This document shows, piece after piece, positions 1 to 9,725 of a DNA stretch of 64,000 bases; the stretch's first letter is position 1, and each line of letters begins with the position of its first letter. The stretch spans positions 928,001 through 992,000 of the forward strand of contig CBDBMJ010000001.1 in assembly GCA_965207455.1 (NCBI GenBank), read 5' to 3'. The stretch is from Bdellovibrionota bacterium (GTDB lineage: Bacteria; Bdellovibrionota; UBA1018; CAIPTA01; JAALKR01). Under the pieces are notes generated by a model. That model was not told where the DNA came from. It did no database searches and saw only the letters and a program-made list of their open reading frames with translations. Made by a program: the position numbers and the translations under genes.

Positions 1-132
1 ATCACGGAGCTCAAAGTGGAGATGGTCTGTGAGGACAACTTGGTCCAAAAAACTATTGCTACCATGAAACAGGCCCATCCATACGAAACCCCGGCCTATG
101 ATGTATGGAAACTATGGGATGAACCAAAATAG
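1..132 (+). CDS. 3' end of YqfO/NIF3-like small protein (partial at window edge)
   Basis: Frame 1 reads ITELKVEMVCEDNLVQKTIATMKQAHPYETPAYDVWKLWDEPK*. HPYExPAYDV is the YqfO/NIF3 PII-like insertion-domain motif. Confidence 0.75.
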   Translation: MTELKVEMVCEDNLVQKTIATMKQAHPYETPAYDVWKLWDEPK

Positions 133-363
133 AGGCTTGCTCCCTTAGTCTCCTAATGGTCGCCCCCTAAAAATGGCAGGGAGAAGTCGATGTGGTAGAA
201 AAAATCACGGAGCTCAAAGTGGAGATGGTCTGTGAGGACAACTTGGTCCAAAAAACTATTGCTACCATGAAACAGGCCCATCCATACGAAACCCCGGCCT
301 ATGATGTATGGAAACTATGGGATGAACCAAAATAGAGGCTTGCTCCCTTAGTCTCCTAATGGT
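1..363 (+). repeat. Direct duplication of at least 160 bp (1-160 = 204-363), period 203 bp
   Basis: The sequence ATCACGGAGC...TCCTAATGGT occurs twice identically. The second copy carries a start-less fragment of the same CDS (180-335). Confidence 0.95.
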
Positions 364-394
364 AAATACTATAGGTAAGAGGAGTCACTAACGA

Positions 395-1459
395 ATGGAA
401 GCAAAAATCCAAGAGCTGTTAGGAAAAGATACTCAGTATCTTCTAGAATTTAACAAACCGAAAATACCGAAAGAAAAGTTAACTTTGCCTGGAGGGGATT
501 GGGTCGACCGTATTTTTGCAAACTCAGACCGTCCCACACCTGTGTTAAGAAGCCTACATTCCCTATTTGACCATGGTCGATTGGCAAAAACGGGCTACCT
601 TTCTATCCTACCCGTGGATCAAGGAGTGGAGCATTCTGCAGGAGCTTCCTTTTCTCCCAACCCCGATTATTTCGACCCTGAAAATATTGTAAAGCTCGCC
701 ATAAATGGTGGGTGCAATGCTGTAGCCACCACCTTGGGAAACCTGGGCTTAGTGGCAAGAAAATATGCCCATAAAATTCCATTTATTCTCAAGCTTAATC
801 ATAATAATCTGCTGACCTACCCCAATACATTTGATCAGGTGATGTTTAGCACTGTGGAACAGGCCCATAATCTGGGTGCTGTGGCCGTGGGAGCCACTAT
901 TTATTTTGGATCGGCAGAAAGCAATCGACAAATTCAAGAGGTTAGCGAGGCTTTTCACATTGCCCATGAATATGGAATGGCAACCATACTTTGGTGCTAC
1001 ACACGCAACAACGCTTTTAAAATTAATGGCAAGGACTACCACGGTAGTGCTGACCTCACTGGACAAGCCAACCACATAGGTGCCACCATTGAAGCCGACA
1101 TCGTAAAACAAAAACTTCCAGAATGTAACGGAGCCTATCCTGCCCTTAATAAAAAAGAAAGCTTTGGTAAATTTACGGATGCCATGTATACCGAGCTTTC
1201 CTCAGATCATCCCATCGACCTTACTCGCTATCAGGTAGCTAATGGATATATGGGAAAAATAGGATTGATTAATTCTGGAGGATCCACAGGGACAAACGAC
1301 CTAGCAAGTGCCATACGCACAGCCGTCATTAATAAACGTGCGGGAGGAATGGGGCTTATTAGTGGGCGCAAGGCCTTTCAAAAACCCATGAAAGAAGGGG
1401 TGGATCTTCTTCACACCATTCAAGACGTATACCTCAATAAAGACGTCACCATAGCCTAG
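395..1459 (+). CDS. fbaB: Class I fructose-bisphosphate aldolase (DhnA/FbaB type)
   Basis: Motifs [27 protein letters not shown] and [22 protein letters not shown]. Confidence 0.95.
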   Translation: MEAKIQELLGKDTQYLLEFNKPKIPKEKLTLPGGDWVDRIFANSDRPTPVLRSLHSLFDHGRLAKTGYLSILPVDQGVEHSAGASFSPNPDYFDPENIVKLAINGGCNAVATTLGNLGLVARKYAHKIPFILKLNHNNLLTYPNTFDQVMFSTVEQAHNLGAVAVGATIYFGSAESNRQIQEVSEAFHIAHEYGMATILWCYTRNNAFKINGKDYHGSADLTGQANHIGATIEADIVKQKLPECNGAYPALNKKESFGKFTDAMYTELSSDHPIDLTRYQVANGYMGKIGLINSGGSTGTNDLASAIRTAVINKRAGGMGLISGRKAFQKPMKEGVDLLHTIQDVYLNKDVTIA

Positions 1460-2043
1460 ACCTGAAATATGAGATTCCAACAGGAATCCCCTCGCTCCAA
1501 GTATTTCTTTTCAAAGTGAGTACGGGGTAAAGCACCACGTTTCAAAATGGAATCCTCTATACAATGCAAACCCCATAGGGAAGAAAAATCTCTTTTCGCC
1601 TCTTTATAGTAATCCTCCACATTAGTGGCCAAATGAATGGTGCCAGAGGGTTCCAGTGTTTCTAACAGGTATTCCATAAAGGACATTCGGTGCCAACGAC
1701 GTTTTAACGGAAACGGGTTGGGATATAAGAAAAAATAACGACGAACAGATTTTTTAGGAATATTATGGCCAATCCATTGTAAAGCATCCCCTCGAATGGG
1801 AGTGAGATTGGGAGGGCTACCATTACCTGCTATCCGACGAAGGAATTTTTCAAAACGACTCCGGCTGCGCTCCAAAGCTAATAACCTGCGATCTGGATTT
1901 TGTAGAGCATATTGAATTGGATGGAACCCCACACCACAGCCAATTTCAATATCAAAGGGAGGCTGTAAAAAAGTTGTATCCTTATGGAAACAATTTTTCC
2001 CTAAACGAAAGGATCTTTTTTTTCTCAACTCCTCCAACTCCAT
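1456..2043 (-). CDS. TrmB-like tRNA (guanine-N7)-methyltransferase family protein
   Basis: Motifs [21 protein letters not shown] and RTHFEKKY. The canonical PDPW reads PNPF here. Confidence 0.7.
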   Translation of the reverse strand: MELEELRKKRSFRLGKNCFHKDTTFLQPPFDIEIGCGVGFHPIQYALQNPDRRLLALERSRSRFEKFLRRIAGNGSPPNLTPIRGDALQWIGHNIPKKSVRRYFFLYPNPFPLKRRWHRMSFMEYLLETLEPSGTIHLATNVEDYYKEAKRDFSSLWGLHCIEDSILKRGALPRTHFEKKYLERGDSCWNLIFQV

Positions 2044-2133
2044 AATATAATTAAATTTCCCTAAAAAATACTCTTGCTGAATCCATGTTTTACCTTATAC
2101 TAAAAAGTGAAGAATAAACAATAGGAGAATACG

Positions 2134-3447
2134 ATGAATAACAAAACTTGGTACAGACAACTCCACTGGCAAATTATCATTGGTCTAGTCCTTGGACTTA
2201 TCTACGGCATTATTGCAGCAGGTATGGGTTGGCAGTCCTTTACCAGCAACTGGATATCCCCTTTTGGGACTATCTTTATGAACCTGTTAAAGTTAATTGC
2301 AGTACCCTTAGTAGTTGCTTCTCTTATCACAGGAGTGGCCTCCTTATCGGACATGAAAAAGATTTCACGCATTGGTGGAAAAACCATTACTATCTATATC
2401 CTCACTACCTTAATCGCACTTTGCATTGGTCTCACTTTAGTAAATGTATTGAAACCCGGAGCAAACATATCTCCAACCATACAAGAGAAAATGCAATATA
2501 ACTATGAGCAAGTGGCTAAATCTAAACTGAACAATAGGGAGAAAATAAAAGGACGAGGTCCACTACAACCCGTCGTAGATATGGTACCTTCAAACATTGT
2601 CTCTTCTTTCGGAAATAATAGAAACATGCTACAAGTAGTATTTTTTGCTATCCTTTTTGGTATCGCACTTACAATGATACCTAGAGAACGAGCCAAACCC
2701 ATACAGGATTTCTTCCAAGGACTCAATGATACTGTCATCCAAGTAGTAAATCTTATTATGAAGGTAGCCCCTTATGGAGTCTTTGCCCTATTAGCAAAAA
2801 CAATTACAACGATAGCGGGAGACGACCTCAGCCAAGTCACAGAACTCCTGGGTGCCCTGGGATACTATTGCTTTGTAGTGATTCTTGGCTTAGTTCTTCA
2901 TGCCTCTATAACCTACCCTTTAATGATCAAAGCTTTCTCACCCATGAAGATAAAAACATTCTTTAAAGGTATTGCTCCTGCACAGCTCTTAGCTTTTTCC
3001 ACAAGCTCCAGTGGAGCCACCCTTCCTGTAACAATGGAACGTTGTGAGAAACACTTGGGTGTTTCTGAGGAAGTTTCAGCCTTTGCTCTTCCCTTAGGAG
3101 CTACTATAAATATGGACGGAACGGCCCTATACCAAGCAGTGGCCGCTGTCTTTATTTCCCAAGTAATTGGTATTGATTTAAGCATGGGAGATCAAATGAC
3201 GATTATCTTCACTGCCTTACTAGCCTCCATTGGCACTGCTGCTGTACCCGGGGCTGGAATCATTATGCTAATTGTAATCCTAGAATCTGTGGGTATACCT
3301 GCTGAAGGAATTGCCCTAATTCTTGGAGTGGATCGTATTTTAGATATGATGCGCACAACTGCGAATGTAACAGGAGATGCTGCCGTAACGGTAGTAGTGG
3401 CCGCTAGTGAAAATGCACTCCATCCACCAACGGAAACAACATCATAG
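2134..3447 (+). CDS. Dicarboxylate/amino acid:cation symporter (GltP/GltT family)
   Basis: Motifs AFSTSSSGATLP, PLGATINMDGTALY and DRILDMMRTTANVTGD. Confidence 0.95.
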   Translation: MNNKTWYRQLHWQIIIGLVLGLIYGIIAAGMGWQSFTSNWISPFGTIFMNLLKLIAVPLVVASLITGVASLSDMKKISRIGGKTITIYILTTLIALCIGLTLVNVLKPGANISPTIQEKMQYNYEQVAKSKLNNREKIKGRGPLQPVVDMVPSNIVSSFGNNRNMLQVVFFAILFGIALTMIPRERAKPIQDFFQGLNDTVIQVVNLIMKVAPYGVFALLAKTITTIAGDDLSQVTELLGALGYYCFVVILGLVLHASITYPLMIKAFSPMKIKTFFKGIAPAQLLAFSTSSSGATLPVTMERCEKHLGVSEEVSAFALPLGATINMDGTALYQAVAAVFISQVIGIDLSMGDQMTIIFTALLASIGTAAVPGAGIIMLIVILESVGIPAEGIALILGVDRILDMMRTTANVTGDAAVTVVVAASENALHPPTETTS

Positions 3448-3450
3448 GCC

Positions 3451-3491
3451 TAGAGGGTTGCAGAGGGCTGCAGAGGGCTGCAGAGGGCTGC
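3451..3491. repeat. 10-bp tandem repeat (CAGAGGGCTG) x about 4
   Basis: tagagggttg cagagggctg cagagggctg cagagggctg c, between two convergent genes. Confidence 0.9.
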
Positions 3492-3513
3492 CTAAAAACA
3501 TGGAGAGCACAGA

Positions 3514-4716
3514 CTAGAGTAAATCTTCTTGCTGCCCATCTTCTGCTTCCTGCTCTCCCTCTTTTTCCATAAACCTCCAAGACTGGATCAACTCATCGGA
3601 ATCACCACTATCTATTCCAAAAATTTCTGAGAATCGTCTAGGAGAAAGTCGTCCAAATATGGCAGCATCTCTGAGTTCAATCATTGACCTAAATATTACT
3701 CTGTCTTTTTGAATTTCTTCAGAAAAGAATTTATTTAAGCTGTCATAATCCTCACAATTAAATTCATTAAAGTATAAATCATCTATTGTTTTCTTTCGTT
3801 TTTTCCAAGAAACAGCATTTTTCATCATTATACGGAATTGTTTACCTTTTGAAGTAATCACTTTATATTCCTGTAATGACAACGCCATGCCTGTTGGACT
3901 CCAATCAAAGTCAGCTTCGAGCTTTTTAAATATATGGGAGAATAGGGGCAAGTTAAATTTCGCAGAATTTTTGAAAAACTCTAAAAGCTCTTTGTTTTTT
4001 TGAAAATATTCTCTCGGATATACTAACTCCTGAGCCACTTTGTTTGCAAGACTCTCAAACTCTGGATCGTGCTTACCTGAACCATCACCACAAACAACAT
4101 GGGCAAGCTCATGACAAGCATCAAATAAGGCTTCGTCCACTCTCCTAGAGGTATCAATAAATATTAATATTTGATCACCCTTCCGAGCAGTGAATGCCAC
4201 TTCTCTATGAGCGGAATTATGTAATACAAAACCTGTTTTCTTAAATGGAATAAAAAATAAATTTACATTATGTTTTCTTAATGCAGTAGCCATTCTATCC
4301 AATGTAACTGGCTCATCCTCTGCAAATGATAATAAAGAACGCAAATAGCTGGCAATATTTCTTGGTTCTCGCTTCCCAATTTCTGGAAAAATCCCTTGAT
4401 TTGCTACATACATAGATCCACCCAGTTTAAAAAATGTCTCTGAAAATGCTTTGCATTTTTCAACAACCTTAGGGTCTGATTTATCTAAACCTATCCTACG
4501 AAAATACATCTTAATTGGTGCAATTTCAAACAAGCGGTCAATCTCCTCCACACTAAGCTGAAGCTTGCCAAGCACTTGGGAGACTCTTTCTTGTGGCAGC
4601 TTGTTTTGCTCCATCCACTTGTAGATTGCTGTCTTAGAAATCCCCAGTTCATGGGCAAAGGCTTCAATAGAGCTATACTCACTCGTGATTTTAGACTTAA
4701 ATAACTCTATATCCAT
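3514..4716 (-). CDS. XRE-type HTH plus ImmA/IrrE-family zinc metallopeptidase fusion
   Basis: N-terminal HTH (FAHELGISKTAIYKW), HExxH motif (CHELAH) and downstream ExxANxxAxxLxxP (ESLANKVAQELVYP). Start taken at ATG 4716. Confidence 0.8.
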   Translation of the reverse strand: MDIELFKSKITSEYSSIEAFAHELGISKTAIYKWMEQNKLPQERVSQVLGKLQLSVEEIDRLFEIAPIKMYFRRIGLDKSDPKVVEKCKAFSETFFKLGGSMYVANQGIFPEIGKREPRNIASYLRSLLSFAEDEPVTLDRMATALRKHNVNLFFIPFKKTGFVLHNSAHREVAFTARKGDQILIFIDTSRRVDEALFDACHELAHVVCGDGSGKHDPEFESLANKVAQELVYPREYFQKNKELLEFFKNSAKFNLPLFSHIFKKLEADFDWSPTGMALSLQEYKVITSKGKQFRIMMKNAVSWKKRKKTIDDLYFNEFNCEDYDSLNKFFSEEIQKDRVIFRSMIELRDAAIFGRLSPRRFSEIFGIDSGDSDELIQSWRFMEKEGEQEAEDGQQEDLL

Positions 4717-5023
4717 GTGTTCCCTGACCTTTATTCTACACGATAAGGGTTTGTTTGTCAACTAGATTAAATATTTTTTAGTTTTCTTATACTAATATTT
4801 TCAGCTACTTACACGATTAATTCAATTTAAATGAATAAATAATGGTTGTCAATCCAATATATGTCCAATATCACAGAGCTGGATTAGCTGTAGCGTCATA
4901 AGAGTTGCTCCCATAAAAGCCCCCTGTGGTGCTGAAAAATAGCGTCGGATTTTTTAAGAAGTCTCAAGCCTTGAAAATTCCAGCTCTCTAGGATAAAAGA
5001 AACCTAAGGTGACGTATCCAGAA

Positions 5024-5722
5024 ATGAAAATCCATCTCTACCTAGACGGTGCAGATAAAGGCACCATGCTATCCCACTATAAGGAAGGAAATGTGCAAGG
5101 CTTCACCACAAACCCCAGCCTTATGCGAAAAGCAGGTGTACGCGACTATGGTGCTTTTGCGAAAGAAATGCTCTCCACCATTACAGATAAGCCCATTTCC
5201 TTTGAGGTTTTTGCCGATGATTTCACAGAAATGGAAGCCCAAGCAGAGCGTATTCATTCATGGGCACCCAATGTAAATGTGAAAATCCCCATATCCAATA
5301 CTAAAGGGGAAATGAGCTATCCTCTGATAAAAAAACTCTTTGCTAAAGGAATTAAACTCAATATCACAGCTATTTTTACCCAAGAGCAATTGCTGGATCT
5401 AAAAAATATAATGAATCCTAACGATGATGCCATTGTCTCCATTTTTGCTGGACGTATTGCGGATACGGGAAAAGACCCCATGCCTTTGATGAAAGAATCC
5501 GTAGCCCTATTTCAAGACCTACCAAAAGCAAAAATTCTATGGGCAAGCACCCGGGAAGCACTCAACATGTACCAAGCACAGGAGTGCGGTTGCCATATTA
5601 TAACTGTACCCGAAGGCATTTTGAAAAAATTAAGTCTATACAACAAGTCTTTGTCCGACTATTCCCTAGAAACAGTACATTTATTTTATGAGGATGGAAA
5701 ATCCGCTGGCTTCCAGCTTTAA
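5024..5722 (+). CDS. tal: Transaldolase (short FSA/TalC type)
   Basis: Motifs GFTTNPSL, VNVKIP, SIFAGRIAD and LWASTRE. Confidence 0.9.
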   Translation: MKIHLYLDGADKGTMLSHYKEGNVQGFTTNPSLMRKAGVRDYGAFAKEMLSTITDKPISFEVFADDFTEMEAQAERIHSWAPNVNVKIPISNTKGEMSYPLIKKLFAKGIKLNITAIFTQEQLLDLKNIMNPNDDAIVSIFAGRIADTGKDPMPLMKESVALFQDLPKAKILWASTREALNMYQAQECGCHIITVPEGILKKLSLYNKSLSDYSLETVHLFYEDGKSAGFQL

Positions 5723-6914
5723 TACTATCGCCATCATTGGCTACGTTTGGCCAGAAAAGGATGCCTCTGCTGCTGGAATGAGGACTTGGAACCTCCTTCA
5801 AATTTTTAAAGAAGCCGACTATGACGTTCACTATCTATGTGGAGCGAAAGAAAATGTATGGACAAAAAGAGTCCAAGACATGGGCGCACACACTCATTCC
5901 ATTACTCTCAATCATGATAGCTTTGATACTCTCATTAAAAAAATATCACCCCATACTGTAATCTTCGACAGATTTATTACGGAAGAACAGTTTGGATGGA
6001 GAGTGGAACAGTCCATTCCTCAGGCCATTCGTATAATAGATACCCAGGATTTGCATTTCCTTAGGCAAGCTCGTCAAAAGAAGATAGAAGAAAATACAGC
6101 ACTGGATCTATGGAATAGAAATACCCTAAGAGAGTTGGCCTCTATCTACCGAACGGATGCTACTCTTATCCTCTCCTCTTATGAATATAAACTCCTCACC
6201 CAAACCTTTCACCTTCCAGAAAAGCTCCTTCACTTACTACCTTTCTCCTACCCCACCCCACCCTCCTCCACTCCTTCCTTTTCCCAAAGAAAGCATTTTG
6301 TTTTTTTAGGAAATTTTCGACACCCTCCCAATCAAGATGCAATACTCCATGGAGTTGAGCATATCTGGCCATCAATTCGCCAAGCCCTTCCCCAAGCGGA
6401 ATGGCATATCTACGGTGCCTACCCTCCTAAAAATATTATGAAACTCCATAACCCTGGAATTCATGTAATGGGTCCCGTAAAAGATCACCTCTCCATGCTA
6501 TCCCAATATAGGGTGAACCTTGCTCCCTTACGTTTTGGAGCTGGTATTAAAGGAAAAATCACAGACGGCTGGTTTATGCATACCCCCTGTGTAACCACAC
6601 CCATAGGTGCGGAGGGCATGGAGGAAACACAACAATGGAAAGGCACAGAACTGGCTAGTCCCTTTATTCATAAAGCTCTACAGTTGTATACACAGGAAAA
6701 AGAGTGGCAAAAAGCGCAAAGCATGGGCCTCAATCAAATAAAAGGTTATTTTTCCCATACGAGGAATAAAAAACTTCTTCTGTCTTTAGTCTCAAAATTA
6801 CAAAGAAATAAGCAACAGGAGCGAAAAGAGAATATTGTGGGTGCCATATTGAGGGAAGAGCAATTTCAGAGCACAAAGTACCTATCTAGGTGGATTCAAG
6901 AAAAAAACAAATAG
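5688..6914 (+). CDS. Glycosyltransferase (GT4-like, GT-B fold)
   Basis: Motifs FLGNFRHPPN, APLRFGAGIKGK and PCVTTPIGAEGM. Confidence 0.85.
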   Translation: MRMENPLASSFNTIAIIGYVWPEKDASAAGMRTWNLLQIFKEADYDVHYLCGAKENVWTKRVQDMGAHTHSITLNHDSFDTLIKKISPHTVIFDRFITEEQFGWRVEQSIPQAIRIIDTQDLHFLRQARQKKIEENTALDLWNRNTLRELASIYRTDATLILSSYEYKLLTQTFHLPEKLLHLLPFSYPTPPSSTPSFSQRKHFVFLGNFRHPPNQDAILHGVEHIWPSIRQALPQAEWHIYGAYPPKNIMKLHNPGIHVMGPVKDHLSMLSQYRVNLAPLRFGAGIKGKITDGWFMHTPCVTTPIGAEGMEETQQWKGTELASPFIHKALQLYTQEKEWQKAQSMGLNQIKGYFSHTRNKKLLLSLVSKLQRNKQQERKENIVGAILREEQFQSTKYLSRWIQEKNK

Positions 6915-7036
6915 AGGGAAAAACATTGTTTTTGCTTTCTCAAATAATTAACTTTTCTTAACAAAATGACCCTAAATATCCTCTAAATGGACTTTAGAGG
7001 CATTTCACCTGGCTCATTTATTGCTCAAGTAAATAC

Positions 7037-7065
7037 TTGACTTAATGCATTATATCGGTTATACT
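7037..7065 (+). promoter_or_regulatory. sigma70-like promoter
   Basis: TTGACT-N17-TATACT upstream of the 7137 ORF. The spacer contains the palindrome TAATGCATTA. Confidence 0.6.
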
Positions 7066-7136
7066 CATGCATTGTAGATGTTCGTACATATTTTGTGTAC
7101 ATAAGTTGAAGTTAAAGATTCGAAAGGAGAATCATT

Positions 7137-7631
7137 ATGAGAATGAGAAGTATATTAATAGCAGGACTACTTGTTAGCAGTCCTTTAAATGCCACAGCAA
7201 CCAACAAGGTTATAAAAACCAAACTCTTTGAAAAAAGAAATTTAGTTGTTGGAAATGCCAAGAGTAAAGAAGTGTGCGTAACAGCGATTTCTAGGGCAGG
7301 AAAGACTAAAGAAAATGCTAATGCCATTTGCAATGCATTGGAAAAATACAATTCCTACTATTGTGCTGATAAGAAAAATGGGAAAATAAAACTTTCATTA
7401 TCTCCAGTTAAATTTGATAACACAACTTCTTCCACTATTTTTCTTGGACTTCCTCCCCGAGATAAAAATCAGAACAGTCTATGTGCTTACGCTCAACGTG
7501 GGCTCAACTATCGCCTCTTCAAAGCTCTCAGAGGTATTGAAAGTAAAGTGAAGAAAAAGGAAGAAAGATCTTTAGTAACAATGGATTCAATTTTCATAAA
7601 GATGGAATGGGAAAAAAAGGGCAGTAGTTAA
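7137..7631 (+). CDS. Hypothetical secreted protein
   Basis: RBS AAGGAG, signal peptide (ILIAGLLVSSPLNA), 4 Cys, basic composition. Confidence 0.7.
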   Translation: MRMRSILIAGLLVSSPLNATATNKVIKTKLFEKRNLVVGNAKSKEVCVTAISRAGKTKENANAICNALEKYNSYYCADKKNGKIKLSLSPVKFDNTTSSTIFLGLPPRDKNQNSLCAYAQRGLNYRLFKALRGIESKVKKKEERSLVTMDSIFIKMEWEKKGSS

Positions 7632-7695
7632 GAATGCTAACATGCAAGTAACATAAGCAATCCAAAAGGAAAGTCATTATGAGAAATGTAAATTG

Positions 7696-8109
7696 TTAGG
7701 AAATTTCATCTTCTGCATATTTACGAATAATGGCAAGCATGGCACCTAAACCATTGGCTCGATTTGCTGTTAGGTTTTCCGTAATACCAATTTCTTTAAT
7801 AAAATCTGTGTTAGACTCTAAAATATCTTTTTTTTGAAAACCGGAGTACACTTCTATCAAAATGGCTATTAAGCCTTTTACTAAAATGGAATCGCTGTCT
7901 GCCTTAAAGTATAATTTATTATCCTTATATTCACCATAAAGCCAAACCTTAGAAGTACAGCCAGGAACAATATATTCATCTCTATAAAATTTATCTTCCA
8001 GTGGAGATAATTCCTTGCCTAAATCAATGATATGGTGAAAACGCTCCGACCAATCTTCCATGGCAGCAAACTCTTCCACAAGCTCCTTTTGTTTCTCTTG
8101 AATTGTCAT
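7696..8109 (-). CDS. sufE: Fe-S cluster sulfur acceptor SufE
   Basis: Motifs VPGCTSKVWL, ADSDSILVKGL and RANGL. Confidence 0.9.
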   Translation of the reverse strand: MTIQEKQKELVEEFAAMEDWSERFHHIIDLGKELSPLEDKFYRDEYIVPGCTSKVWLYGEYKDNKLYFKADSDSILVKGLIAILIEVYSGFQKKDILESNTDFIKEIGITENLTANRANGLGAMLAIIRKYAEDEIS

Positions 8110-8112
8110 CTA

Positions 8113-8562
8113 TTACTTTTTGGGAAGGGAAATAATCATTGTAGTACACCGGCAAGTGGAAATCAATTTGCCCCCTTCATTTGTAATGTCAATATTCCAA
8201 ACATGGGTTTTTCGACCGATATGGATGGGAGTGGCCGTTCCATATACCCAACCATCCATTGCCATATTAATATGATTAGCTGTAATAGATACACCCACAG
8301 CTCTTTGCGTTTCCACATCAATGTATAGGCATGAACCAATGGAAGCCAAAGATTCTGCTAATGCCACAGAAGACCCTCCATGGAGAATTCCAAAGGGCTG
8401 CTTCGTTCGATCATTTACAGGCATTTTAGCTCTCATACACTTAGGGTGTACCTCTATAGACTCAATTCCCAGTGTGGTGCCCAAGGTGGTTTTATCCTTA
8501 AGGAATTCATCCATGAATTGTATTTTCTTAGCTATTTCTTCCTTATCCATAACTCGACTCAT
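8113..8562 (-). CDS. Hotdog-fold thioesterase (PaaI/MenI-YdiI family)
   Basis: Motifs QPFGILHGGSSVALAES and HIGRKTHVW. Confidence 0.9.
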   Translation of the reverse strand: MSRVMDKEEIAKKIQFMDEFLKDKTTLGTTLGIESIEVHPKCMRAKMPVNDRTKQPFGILHGGSSVALAESLASIGSCLYIDVETQRAVGVSITANHINMAMDGWVYGTATPIHIGRKTHVWNIDITNEGGKLISTCRCTTMIISLPKK

Positions 8563-9266
8563 GGTTTCTCTTCCCTCTGTAATTGAAAGTATACATTCTC
8601 TAGTTTTTTGTAGAATTTTAAAATACGGTGTGCATTGGAACCAAAGTCAGATCGTCCTAGACGACTTTTTGAGCGAATATGGCAAATACTTTTTCCATCA
8701 CCCAGTGGACGAATATCAATAGAAATATCATCCACAAAACGAAACAACGAACTCTTCTCTATAGCTTCAAAATGAAAAGCCTCTTTATCTGTAAAAATAA
8801 TATCCCAATTGGGCATTTCCTGAGCTGCAAGAATAGATGCCTTATAGAGACGATCCACAGAAATGGGATACACCTGTGCGTTTATTTCAGGGTATCCTCT
8901 CTTCTGTTGCTCATAAAAAGACGGCTCATACTTCTTTACGCTTCTATTGAATTGGGGAGGATTTTTTGGATCGGTGGTAATATCATTTATCAAAGGTTTA
9001 CCCTTCATCTGAGTACTATAGAAATACAACAAACCTAAAACTAATAGAAAACCATATAACAAAGCAAAGCTACCTTTCATGGACTTTTTTTGAAACAATG
9101 CCAGTAAAAGAGAAAAAACTGAAGTAAAAAAAGTGATAATCCCTAAAAGTATGCCTAAGAGCAATAGATAAAAGCTCTGAGGTCCATAGGAAAGCCCCAC
9201 TCCTATTCCTGCTAGAACAAAAGCTAGCACAGATAGGAAAAATAAAATTTTTATTAGTCGATTCAT
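8559..9266 (-). CDS. DUF1499-domain membrane protein
   Basis: Three N-terminal TM segments, plus motifs INDITTD, FRFVDD and RSKSRLGRSDFGSNAHRI. Confidence 0.85.
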   Translation of the reverse strand: MNRLIKILFFLSVLAFVLAGIGVGLSYGPQSFYLLLLGILLGIITFFTSVFSLLLALFQKKSMKGSFALLYGFLLVLGLLYFYSTQMKGKPLINDITTDPKNPPQFNRSVKKYEPSFYEQQKRGYPEINAQVYPISVDRLYKASILAAQEMPNWDIIFTDKEAFHFEAIEKSSLFRFVDDISIDIRPLGDGKSICHIRSKSRLGRSDFGSNAHRILKFYKKLENVYFQLQREEKP

Positions 9267-9275
9267 TTTTATAAA

Positions 9276-9725
9276 TTATTTATTTTCCAATAATGGTCCA
9301 TAAACTTCACCTTTCTTATTTTCTACAATAGCAGGAGAGGAATCAAGCATTTCCTCTGGCCCCTCCAACTCTCCAGGAAGACAGTCCTTTAAATTTAATA
9401 GTATGGCTCCGTGGTAGGAACCACTGTGCTTCAAATTCCATGGAGGATAGGGAAGAATACGAGCACGCACGCACCTCCCAGGCTCCACCAAACCCCATTG
9501 GGAGTCCTGGGTTTTCATTGTATAGGTTAGTGCATCGATTTGACGAATAGCCACAATAAATGTGCTTCCACCTTCTAACGAACGCAGACCCAAAACCCGT
9601 CCCTCAATTGTGGTGGAGAAAATATATCCATAATATACGATCAACACATAAATACTTGCCAGTAAAAAAAGTAAAAAAAGAAATTTACGTATTGCCCTTT
9701 TCCATTGAAGATTCATCGTTGCCAA
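9276..9725 (-). CDS. Hypothetical membrane-anchored protein
   Basis: One N-terminal TM segment and a PYPPW motif; overlaps the hmgA stop, consistent with an operon. Confidence 0.65.
   Translation of the reverse strand: MATMNLQWKRAIRKFLFLLFLLASIYVLIVYYGYIFSTTIEGRVLGLRSLEGGSTFIVAIRQIDALTYTMKTQDSQWGLVEPGRCVRARILPYPPWNLKHSGSYHGAILLNLKDCLPGELEGPEEMLDSSPAIVENKKGEVYGPLLENK

Noticed and set aside
1..363. Possible CRISPR or repeat-spacer array
   Set aside because: Only two long copies of coding sequence; no short repeats with unique spacers and no cas genes.
4762..5008. Possible tRNA, att site or ncRNA upstream of the HTH-IrrE gene
   Set aside because: No cloverleaf, T-loop or matching direct repeat on the other side of the gene could be found.
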